20,277 bases of DNA. It comes from a virus. A model generated the notes under the pieces. It made no database searches. It had not been told where the DNA came from and saw only the letters and a program-made list of their open reading frames with translations. Positions 1 through 8,014 of the stretch are shown in pieces. The position numbers and the translations under genes were made by a program. The DNA is taken from the UHGV virus genome UHGV-0069616. One strand, given 5' to 3'. Positions within the stretch are counted from its first letter, which is position 1, and the number at the start of each line of letters is the position of its first letter.

Positions 1-235
1 TATAATATCAGCCAAACCACTAAAATGTAAATATTACACAAGCTAAGGCGTTGAAAATTGCCTTAGCCCAACCAAATATAACCAAATCTTAACCCAAAAA
101 TCCCAATTTAAAACCTCTAATATTAAAATATCTTACTATCTCCGAAATTATAACCAATACCGTTATTTACTCCCATTTTGACCTGTTCCGCCAAAAACAA
201 CTCGAATTGAAAACACCGCGACTTGTTTTTGAAAA
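1..235. repeat. Left inverted terminal repeat (235 bp), reverse complement of 20043..20277
   Basis: Read directly. The first 235 nt (tataatatcagcc...gacttgtttttgaaaa) are the exact reverse complement of the last 235 nt. Identity stops at 236 versus 20042. It contains hairpin 41..68 (gctaaggc-N12-gccttagc) and three CCCAA motifs. Confidence 0.95.
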
Positions 236-262
236 ATAGTCGGTTCACTAATCTAAAGTATC

Positions 263-302
263 TGCAAACAAAATGAGCGCAGACAATATTCATCATCTGC
301 GC
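263..302 (-). terminator. Rho-independent terminator ending the late operon (minus strand)
   Basis: The GC-rich inverted repeat gcgcaga-N12-tctgcgc (277..302) is followed on the minus strand by UCAUUUUGUUUG (265..276). It lies about 40 nt downstream of the stop of the 802-aa gene. Confidence 0.7.
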
Positions 303-344
303 TATAAAGGTATTAATTATAAATTAGTGAGGCGAGAACAATTT

Positions 345-2741
345 TTAAGGTTGCGGTTTCATATTTTTAAGATGGCCCCATATAAAATTAGCTAAATTTT
401 GTCCCCCAGCTTCACTTTGGTGTATATGGTCGACGTACAGTTCAGGTGTGTAAGGGTTTTGACCTCCCTCTGCACAATAGTCAACAACATCAATTCCCAT
501 AGTTCTACAAACAGCTATAACTGAATCCTCATATTCCCATGCTGTTTTATTATTTAATGGATACTTATAAGTTCTACCATCATATGTTACTTCACCATAA
601 GGTCTTATTAATTGGTCTGTGACAAACAAAATTCTTGCATTAGAATTTTCACATATATATTTTAAAATATTAAAAGTTAGGCCCGATAGCGTATCTTCAT
701 CTGAGGCTAATACTTCTCCTATAGCAGTATTACCCCAATCATTCGCAAAGCCTTCTACTACTACTAACGCCGCTTCAGCTTTTAGATTCGTTTTAATAGA
801 ATTATATATCTGCTTAGCTGTTCCAGCTGGAATACCATAATTTTCAACACTTAGACCACTTAATGAAGCTAGTGGGTTTACATATTTTCCATAAGAAGTT
901 GACGTAATAGAAGTCCCAAAGAATTGAGCCAATTTTCCACTCCAAGGATTATCCATAGTTCCTGAATCTACAATTAATCCAGTCAACTTAAATGAATCTT
1001 CTGTTGTTATTTCATTAAGTTGTTTATATTTTTTGCCCAACGTAACAATTCTTTGATTATCAGGTATTGAAGCTAAGAACGGAATCGAAATATAATATGC
1101 ATTATTGGGAACATAATATGCACCTAATTGAATGTCCGTTGAACTATTAATTGAAAGTATTGGTTTTCTAGATTCATCAAAATATGTAATCTCAATACCC
1201 CTCGTGGAGTTATTAGCACTATTATAAACTCTTCCCGGTAGTACTGGCAATAAGATTGAATCATAAGTAGGAAAGTCTGTTAATTTTCCCGCTAAATATA
1301 TCTTTCCCCTGTTTATCTCAACATTTTGGCTGTATAAATTTTTATATCCTTCATATTCATCCAAAAACATAGCACGATTAGAAATATCTGCAATATATCT
1401 TTTATATAAACCACTAACTCCACATTTTTCAGGAAAATATTTATAAAAATCCTTATAATTAAGATGAACCTTAACATTTAAATCCGTTTTTCCTAATGCT
1501 ATTTTTATTTTTCTTGTGCCATCAGGTATAGTTGCTACTGCTTGTTCACCGCCGCCTAGAATAGTATCGTTATTAGAATAAAACCATATTTTAGGCGTCA
1601 CAGTATAATCTTTACATGTTATAACATCATTAGTATTATATCTAAAATATGCTATCGAATAAGTATTAAAATTTGAATCAGTAACAACATTGCCGTTAAC
1701 AATATTTTTATTTGTTTCAAATTTCGAACCAGGAAGTAAATTATAAATATTAAATCCCGGGTCTATATTGTTGACAGGAATTCTAAAATCTTCATAAGAA
1801 AAGCCCATATCTGATTTCATATTAATTAAGTAAGGGGCTTTTGAATTATAAATCCACGTCCTATATATAGAATCATACCTGTTATCATAGGGAATTCTAT
1901 AAAATCCGTTTATACCCGGCATAAAATTAGGTTTGGTTACAGACGAAGTAATCGTAATATTTCTTAAATATGTTTTATTTTCATCATATAATGGAATTGA
2001 TAATTGATTGCCCGTTTGAGTAGTTTTCCATATCTCAGAAGTAGAAACATAATCGTCAATAGCTACAGGAATAAATCCAGTGGTATTTAATGTATCAGAT
2101 GAAACTACCACACCTCCACTTCCAATATACCCATTTATAATTGTATCAGGGTCGTCAGGGTTAAATAAATTTTTTGTTAATGAATAGCCCGCTAAATTTT
2201 TTTGATTTATGTTTTCAATGTTTATTGGATTTAGATAAGTTCCCCCTAGTGCCCATGTGGTGCCATTCCAATAATACCAGCCATTTGTTTCTTCAACAAC
2301 ATATATTCTGTTTTTATCTGTTCCAGTTGCAGAATTCAAATCGTTTAAGGTTTTAAAAACTCCTGCTGGTGACGGGGTAACAATACTTTCTATTTTTCCA
2401 TCCTGAATATCAAGTCGCTTATTTAAATCATCTTGTATATCTTTTAAAAGTGTATTATTAATTAGATTACCAAGAGTCCCGTTAGACACTAACAGATTAA
2501 TATAAGCTATTGTTTCATTTTCAACCCCTTCATTCAAAAGGTATTTTGTCCACTCTGTATTAACATTTAACTGCTCAACCACTTCGTTAATTTTCTGAGC
2601 CATTTTACCTTGTTCTTTAGCATACGTTAATTCTTCTCCATATACTGCTGGCAAGCTAATTTGCGCCCAATACATTAACTTTTCTACTGCATGTAGTAAA
2701 CCAACGGGTCTTTCAGGTGTTTTTAAATTATAATCAGCCAT
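345..2741 (-). CDS. Tail appendage / fibre-like protein (phi29 gp12 positional equivalent) with a C-terminal SGNH/GDSL-type hydrolase domain
   Basis: Track ORF 345..2753. The true start is probably the internal ATG (MADYNLKTP), preceded by GTGAGGAaaaag, and the GTG at 2753 is unlikely. It is the last gene of the structural block and is the largest protein. The C-terminus carries SGNH blocks FGTSITS, GFANDW (GxND) and DHIH (DxxH). Confidence 0.6.
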   Translation of the reverse strand: MADYNLKTPERPVGLLHAVEKLMYWAQISLPAVYGEELTYAKEQGKMAQKINEVVEQLNVNTEWTKYLLNEGVENETIAYINLLVSNGTLGNLINNTLLKDIQDDLNKRLDIQDGKIESIVTPSPAGVFKTLNDLNSATGTDKNRIYVVEETNGWYYWNGTTWALGGTYLNPINIENINQKNLAGYSLTKNLFNPDDPDTIINGYIGSGGVVVSSDTLNTTGFIPVAIDDYVSTSEIWKTTQTGNQLSIPLYDENKTYLRNITITSSVTKPNFMPGINGFYRIPYDNRYDSIYRTWIYNSKAPYLINMKSDMGFSYEDFRIPVNNIDPGFNIYNLLPGSKFETNKNIVNGNVVTDSNFNTYSIAYFRYNTNDVITCKDYTVTPKIWFYSNNDTILGGGEQAVATIPDGTRKIKIALGKTDLNVKVHLNYKDFYKYFPEKCGVSGLYKRYIADISNRAMFLDEYEGYKNLYSQNVEINRGKIYLAGKLTDFPTYDSILLPVLPGRVYNSANNSTRGIEITYFDESRKPILSINSSTDIQLGAYYVPNNAYYISIPFLASIPDNQRIVTLGKKYKQLNEITTEDSFKLTGLIVDSGTMDNPWSGKLAQFFGTSITSTSYGKYVNPLASLSGLSVENYGIPAGTAKQIYNSIKTNLKAEAALVVVEGFANDWGNTAIGEVLASDEDTLSGLTFNILKYICENSNARILFVTDQLIRPYGEVTYDGRTYKYPLNNKTAWEYEDSVIAVCRTMGIDVVDYCAEGGQNPYTPELYVDHIHQSEAGGQNLANFIWGHLKNMKPQP

Positions 2742-3078
2742 CTTTTTCCTCACTTTCTAACCTTTCGGCGTTTTCTCTCATGCTTTCTTCAATGAAACCT
2801 TGCACTTCGTCAATTGCCTGCGTTCGTTTTTTCCTCCCTTCTTTCTGCAAGCGTTCAATACAATATTGAAGTTCTTCCGCATGAAGTTTTTCTTCTTCCA
2901 TTATATCAGATATTACTTTATAAATCCAGTCATTTTCTGATAATCTTTCTAAATGTCCACGATAAATAAATATCGCTTCTAGTTCACCCGCAAGCTCAAT
3001 TTCTAGTGCTTGAAGCAACTCCGTTCGGTTGTTTAAGTCTTTTAAATCTCCCGTATAAGGGTTTGCAAAAATAGCCAT
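2734..3078 (-). CDS. Hypothetical protein (114 aa), acidic and helical, possibly an assembly chaperone for the appendage
   Basis: Track ORF. It overlaps both neighbouring genes, and its start ATG follows the RBS-like sequence cccgtataagggtttgcaaaaATG. No recognisable domain. Confidence 0.5.
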   Translation of the reverse strand: MAIFANPYTGDLKDLNNRTELLQALEIELAGELEAIFIYRGHLERLSENDWIYKVISDIMEEEKLHAEELQYCIERLQKEGRKKRTQAIDEVQGFIEESMRENAERLESEEKDG

Positions 3079-3264
3079 TTATTTTACCTTTCTTTCACAT
3101 AAAATACTTTCGCCAATATCACAAGCTTTTGCATAGTATATATTATATTCAGGGTGAGCCTTTAGATAAAGCTGTTTTGCTTTATCTAAAGTAGGTGCCT
3201 GCACTACTGCGTGAATTTTCAAATTTTTCGATGGACTTTTTCCCACAATGTCACAAAATATCAT
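3079..3264 (-). CDS. Hypothetical small protein (about 61 aa from the internal start MIFCDIV)
   Basis: Track ORF 3079..3297. The internal ATG is preceded by GAAGGGAGattgta, and its start overlaps the upstream stop as TAATGA. No homology recognised. Confidence 0.45.
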   Translation of the reverse strand: MIFCDIVGKSPSKNLKIHAVVQAPTLDKAKQLYLKAHPEYNIYYAKACDIGESILCERKVK

Positions 3265-3905
3265 TACAATCTCCCTTCGTAAACAAGCATGAAACAATCT
3301 TTAATTGAACGATCTTCAATAACCATCATATCAATATTAATAAAAGTATTTCGCCAATCTTGCAACATTTCGGAGTAGTTTTTACCTCCATTCGTACCTA
3401 CAATTGTATTGATATAATCTTCGGTATTATCTACTGTTAAATCATTTGAGCTAGTGCTTGTTGCATTTGCGTTATCCCATGAAGCGTCACTTGCATAGGT
3501 ATTGTTTTTAATATCCCCAATGGCTAACATACTTTGTGGAGTGTCGCTTCGTACATCTAAATCTTCTGAAGTTGTTGTTCCGGTTCCTGTTTGACTGGAA
3601 GTCCCTTTATTTTTTCTGTTACTGCTTTCAGTGATGTTTTTATCTTCAAAGGGATTCTTCTCTTTAAAGATATTAATACTTTCATAGAGCTGATTGTAAT
3701 ACGGCATAATTTCGTTCATTGACCGATTAAGCATGAACTTGAATAAACCAGCCGTTTCAAAACCAATTTCACGCATATAATAATGTTGTATTAACTTTTT
3801 ATTTAAAACATTCCTGTAAGTTTCATCAAAGATAGGGTACTCTCTTAGCCCCAAATCAAAACCCGATTCAATGAGGTTATAAAGTTCTATGGTAAACTTA
3901 GCCAT
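3264..3905 (-). CDS. Lower collar-like protein (phi29 gp11 positional equivalent)
   Basis: Track ORF 3264..3944. The start is probably MAKFTIELYNL, preceded by AGGAGGAcaggaaa. It lies directly downstream of the connector gene. The middle is Ser/Thr/Asn-rich. Confidence 0.55.
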   Translation of the reverse strand: MAKFTIELYNLIESGFDLGLREYPIFDETYRNVLNKKLIQHYYMREIGFETAGLFKFMLNRSMNEIMPYYNQLYESINIFKEKNPFEDKNITESSNRKNKGTSSQTGTGTTTSEDLDVRSDTPQSMLAIGDIKNNTYASDASWDNANATSTSSNDLTVDNTEDYINTIVGTNGGKNYSEMLQDWRNTFINIDMMVIEDRSIKDCFMLVYEGRL

Positions 3906-4875
3906 TTTCCTGTCCTCCTGTTTTATTGCTATGATAAATGACATCTGTATCGGATTTTATAACTTCTTCGTCTGCCGCAAAGTCCGGTTCGATTGCTCTG
4001 TTTCTTAATGTTACATATACTTCCTTTTCTAATCTGTCTCCCCATAATCGGTTCATTTTATCGCACGCTTCCTGTCTTGTGATTAACATGGTTTCTGCGC
4101 TCTGATTGACTTGATCAAAATTTGCAATGGCTTCATCAGCCACTAATCTTTCTCGTTTATCTGTATTGGTATTTTTAATTCCTAAAAACGTCATACATTC
4201 ATTCCATAAGTTATGCTTATAGAGCATTAAATCATTTGCAATAAACGGGCCAGCTAACGGCATTGATGTGAAGTTATCAATTCTTAAATCTTTGTCAGCC
4301 ATAATAAGAGGAACATTCCCCTCATATTTCGCCATAATATTTGTCCATGTCAATCGATTCTTTTCATCTGTTAACACGACCATTGGCGTTTTTTGTGTTT
4401 TAATATTAACGTCACACGTTCTTTCAATTTCATAAAAACGTTGAGCGTATAGTCTTATCGTATAAGCAGTAGGGAACCTGAAATAATTGTTTCTTACAAA
4501 TACACTTTCATCATTCCAAACCATTTGATTAAATTGAATCGAATACGCATTATAACGTTCAAAATCTCTGTAAATCGTTGGTCTCCCAGCCGGGTTAACT
4601 TGAAGATTTATAATATCTTCCGTTCCCCCTTCTTTTTTTCTTTCTATAAATATCGCTTGTCCATACCAGAAAAGCGTTTCTTCTAAAAAACGTTCATTAC
4701 AGCTTATAGGCAAGTTGTGCCATTCAAACATGGACATGGCCAGTAAGCTTAACCGCATAAAATAATCTTGATAAGTTGCCCTATTAAAAGCTCCTGTCTC
4801 TGCAAATGGTAAATTTCCAAATCCTAGAGAAGGGTCAAATAATAGGGTACCTTCGTTTGGGCCACCTTTCGGCAT
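3898..4875 (-). CDS. Head-tail connector (portal) protein, phi29 gp10 family
   Basis: Recalled similarity to phi29 p10: [33 protein letters not shown] matches [33 protein letters not shown], and [25 protein letters not shown] matches [25 protein letters not shown]. RBS AAAGGAGaaattaa. Confidence 0.9.
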   Translation of the reverse strand: [325 protein letters not shown]

Positions 4876-4926
4876 TTAATTTCTCCTTTCATGGTTCGTC
4901 GTTATCCATTCACTTCGTTCATGGAC

Positions 4927-4978
4927 TCCTGTCACGAACGATTGACACTCAAAATCAAAGATTTTGGTCAATCAGCTT
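4927..4978. promoter_or_regulatory. Dyad-symmetric element copy a (GATTGAC-CAAAATC-AAA-GATTTTG-GTCAATC core) between the M23 gene and the connector gene
   Basis: Read directly. It is about 52 nt and near-identical to 7959..8010. Its palindromic core matches 17132..17169 in inverted orientation. Confidence 0.6.
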
Positions 4979-5516
4979 AACAACCTGTATCCAGCGGTGG
5001 AAGTGGTAAGCACTTGCACGTGTCTTCATTTACAGGTAAATAACCAGCCGGGTCAACGGCTTCTCCGTTCACTCTTATTTCTAAGTGAACATGTCCACCC
5101 TGTGTTTGCCCGGTTTCTCCAATATGACCAATGATATTGCCTTCTTTAACAGCCGCACCTACCGCCGGAGCGGTATCACTCCACGGCCTGTGTGCATACA
5201 TATAGGAATAAGCACCTGCATCAACTGTGATGGAATTTCCCCACCCTCCGTTATCGCCCGCCTGCGTGACAACACCGTCCGCTATTGCTAAAAGTTCCGT
5301 TCCGTTAGGTGCTTGAATATCCCACCCATAATGCATTGTGTAAATGCCTGTTACAGGATTTAATCGACACCCAAACAAATTTGTTGGGTCACACGAATCA
5401 AGCTTGTATTCAGGCAGTGGTAAGGGCCAGCTTGTTACCGGAGAAGGCCCTGAGCCGCTACCTGTTCCCATTAACATTCCAATGAAAAAGCCTTGTGTAA
5501 ATCTAATATAATCCAT
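4977..5516 (-). CDS. Tail-associated M23/LytM endopeptidase (C-terminal half of a phi29 gp13-like cell-wall hydrolase, here a separate ORF)
   Basis: M23 motifs HYGWD (HxxxD) and GHVHLE (HxH). N-terminal hydrophobic/Gly-rich segment GFFIGMLMGTGSGSGPSP. The start overlaps the upstream stop as TAATG. GC content is well above the genome average. Confidence 0.8.
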   Translation of the reverse strand: MDYIRFTQGFFIGMLMGTGSGSGPSPVTSWPLPLPEYKLDSCDPTNLFGCRLNPVTGIYTMHYGWDIQAPNGTELLAIADGVVTQAGDNGGWGNSITVDAGAYSYMYAHRPWSDTAPAVGAAVKEGNIIGHIGETGQTQGGHVHLEIRVNGEAVDPAGYLPVNEDTCKCLPLPPLDTGC

Positions 5517-6034
5517 TAGGCGTATGCGTTATAAGCGTCATGCGCATATTGAAGTCTTGCGGGCATATTCGGTTCTCCGGCTCTCAAATATGCCGCTTCA
5601 AAGTCTATTGTCATTTGATCAATGTCTGTATATAACATCATATTATCAATTCCCCCATACGGCTCAAATCCCCATGCTTCGGTGGTGTGGGCTTCATTCC
5701 AGAAATAATTCATTTGAAAATCAAAATCAGACTTCGGAACGCCGGCGGCTTCTGCTGCGGCTTCAAATGCGACACGTCTGTCTCCTGTCCATTGGAATAT
5801 ACCATATCCATAACCGGGAGATGGGCCTTCTTCTGCGGCCGGATCACATTGAGATTCTTGCATAGCATTTCCAACAACGCCAGCGGCGGCTTGTGCGGTG
5901 AAGCCTTTAGCGATTAACCAGTTCCATACTCTACCCCGGTCGGTATCGTCACCCCCACCACCGCCGCCACCTTTCGCACCTGAAAACATTAGTCCCAAAA
6001 TCATTCCAGTTAAAAAGTCATTATCAAGTTCCAT
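5516..6034 (-). CDS. Phage tail lysozyme-like domain protein (N-terminal half of a gp13-like hydrolase, separate ORF)
   Basis: Motifs typical of the phage tail lysozyme family: GNAMQESQ...GYGIFQWTGDRR. N-terminus GMILGLMFSGAKGGGGGGG. GC-rich. Confidence 0.7.
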   Translation of the reverse strand: MELDNDFLTGMILGLMFSGAKGGGGGGGDDTDRGRVWNWLIAKGFTAQAAAGVVGNAMQESQCDPAAEEGPSPGYGYGIFQWTGDRRVAFEAAAEAAGVPKSDFDFQMNYFWNEAHTTEAWGFEPYGGIDNMMLYTDIDQMTIDFEAAYLRAGEPNMPARLQYAHDAYNAYA

Positions 6035-7845
6035 TAATAATTACCTACATTCCAAGGGTCATGCCATATGGTCACACCATTGTTAAACATTTGTTTAATC
6101 TGGTCAAGGTCATTCATTGGAACCCCTCCAGTAATCATTGCGTCAGTAGTTTTAATAAAATTAAAACCTGCACGCCCTTTAAAGTTTGGAACTTTTACTC
6201 TGTTAATCTCGTAGCCATATCGGTTAAAATAATCAGAAAGAATATTTCCGTGTTGATCATTGATTGTCCAAAGTTCAACCCAAACGCCGTCCTCTCCATC
6301 ATTATAGTCAAAGTCACCATTGTTTGAGTTTCCTGTCACTGTTGGAGGTTGACCTTGTAAGTCTTGTTTTTTAGCGTTTAATCCGCTTACTGTTTTATAA
6401 ACATTTGAAAGCCCTCCAATAGCACTTGAAGCAACCCCTGCAAGACCTCCAACAAGTGCACCCATTGGGCCACCTAACGCAAAACCTAGGCCAGCACTTG
6501 CCGCACCAGTTCCAACGGAAACCGCACCACCAACAATGCTGTTTGTGATGGCAACATCGTTTTGTGTTTTTGAAGTCATGAGATAGGCCCCGTATTGATC
6601 ATTTAGAACTGGAAGTGTATTGTTAGTATTAGAAATAACACTTTTATCTTTTTGATTTCCAGACCCTTGATAATTATCGCACCAATAACGGATTGTTACC
6701 GGGGAACCAAAACCTAGCGTATAGGAAATGTGAGGGTTTGAAACATATTCAGGCTTAAATATCTGAGCTGACCCTTTATGATTAGTAACCTTAAAATAAG
6801 AATAAGGATAATAATTAAGCTTTGGTTCACTGAAATAATCTGAGGTTACACCGCTTGACGCTGACCCAAAACGCAAATCAGACGTTAAGCCAACAACCCG
6901 CCTGCACCCATAACTATCCGTTTGATATTGTAAATCTGTTGGGTCGGCTGGTAGTCGGAATATTTCAACGATTGCGCTTGCGAATCTCGCCGCTCTTTCT
7001 TTTACTAATTCTCTTGTTTTTTGATATTTATCAAGTCCGGGAATATACCCAATGACATCAGCCGCCGCACTGTTACCCACAAACATGGTATTTAATACCT
7101 TTGACATTTCGGCTACTTTGCCATACCAATCTTCGCTCCCAGCTACAGGATTGTTGTACCCCAAAGGGTTATTTAAAATATTTCTCTCTTCGTCCGTGGC
7201 GGGCATTTTTAACATCGTTCTAAAAGATGAATCAAAATAATAATAATGAACACAACTCGGCGTTGAACCGTTTGGGCCATTCAGTGAAGATGGCTCTTGT
7301 TTATCCCAATATTTTGATTTCATAATATCTTCAACTGTTTCCGTCATAACGACATAGTAATCTGGCCCTATTCCTGATCTGTCCCATAAGTGAGCTTGTT
7401 TTCTCAATACATATTCATTTCCGGCATCAAGACCTTCTTCAACTGAAATTGATTCAGTTACATTAGTGTGTTCACGCTCAACATAGCATTTACCAAAATT
7501 AATATTAAATTGCCACGTCTGCCATGCGTCAGTAGTAATCACAATTCTTGAGTTGTTCGGGCTAATATATTCCATTCGGTCAATAAATGCGTAAAACCAT
7601 TTATTTCCAAAGTTTGCATTTTGGTACATTACATAATTGACGCCCCAAAGACTGTCAACGCTTATTGGTAAGTCAATGATATTATCTTTTCTCTGGTATG
7701 TTAAGTTGTTAAAGGTGTGAATTGCCTTCCCTGCAAAATAATCACGTTGTTGGTTTGTGTCTGCAAAATCTAATTGGTTCTCGTAGGTATTGTCAATTGG
7801 AACGGAACAAAGTCTTACTTGTGTCAAATTCTGTACGTCTGCCAT
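6034..7845 (-). CDS. Tail knob (distal tail) protein, phi29 gp9 family
   Basis: Recalled similarity to phi29 p9: QNANFGNKWFYAFI matches QNADYGNKWFYAFV. The C-terminus YGYEINRVKVPNF...GVTIWHDPWNVGNY matches YGYKINRVKKPNL...GITLWHTDNIGNY. A Gly/Ala-rich hydrophobic loop lies near residue 440. Confidence 0.9.
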   Translation of the reverse strand: MADVQNLTQVRLCSVPIDNTYENQLDFADTNQQRDYFAGKAIHTFNNLTYQRKDNIIDLPISVDSLWGVNYVMYQNANFGNKWFYAFIDRMEYISPNNSRIVITTDAWQTWQFNINFGKCYVEREHTNVTESISVEEGLDAGNEYVLRKQAHLWDRSGIGPDYYVVMTETVEDIMKSKYWDKQEPSSLNGPNGSTPSCVHYYYFDSSFRTMLKMPATDEERNILNNPLGYNNPVAGSEDWYGKVAEMSKVLNTMFVGNSAAADVIGYIPGLDKYQKTRELVKERAARFASAIVEIFRLPADPTDLQYQTDSYGCRRVVGLTSDLRFGSASSGVTSDYFSEPKLNYYPYSYFKVTNHKGSAQIFKPEYVSNPHISYTLGFGSPVTIRYWCDNYQGSGNQKDKSVISNTNNTLPVLNDQYGAYLMTSKTQNDVAITNSIVGGAVSVGTGAASAGLGFALGGPMGALVGGLAGVASSAIGGLSNVYKTVSGLNAKKQDLQGQPPTVTGNSNNGDFDYNDGEDGVWVELWTINDQHGNILSDYFNRYGYEINRVKVPNFKGRAGFNFIKTTDAMITGGVPMNDLDQIKQMFNNGVTIWHDPWNVGNY

Positions 7846-7862
7846 AAATTACCTTCTTTCCA

Positions 7863-7893
7863 AAACAGCCCTTCATGAATAGAAGGGCTGTTT
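7863..7893 (-). terminator. Stem-loop between the capsid and tail-knob genes, a possible partial terminator or attenuator
   Basis: aaacagcccttc-N7-gaagggctgttt (12-bp stem) lies about 20 nt upstream of the gp9 RBS. The U-tract is short on the minus strand and better on the plus strand. Confidence 0.4.
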
Positions 7894-7958
7894 AGTTTTA
7901 TTTAAATGGTGGTTCGGAACATTCCGTTCAGATTTCGCTTCGCTCTTCTTTACGGTGT

Positions 7959-8010
7959 TCCTGTCACGGGCGATTGAATCTCAAAATTAAAAATTTTGAT
8001 CAATCAGCCT
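7959..8010. promoter_or_regulatory. Dyad-symmetric element copy b, between the capsid gene and the tail-knob gene
   Basis: tcctgtcacgggcgattgaatctcaaaattaaaaattttgatcaatcagcc is a near-duplicate of 4927..4978. Confidence 0.6.
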
Positions 8011-8014
8011 ATGC

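Noticed and set aside
619-840. Plus-strand ORFs in the track: 619..840, 2174..2356, 4806..5009, 5085..5291, 5524..5865, 5687..5917, 5898..6086, 6061..6327, 6855..7055, 7052..7240, 8409..8627, 8637..8912, 9196..9459, 10110..10322, 10529..10831, 13919..14104, 14283..14483, 15672..15902
   Set aside because: All lie antisense inside well-supported minus-strand genes with clear homology or coupling. They lack RBSs, and their composition is low-complexity or hydrophobic junk.
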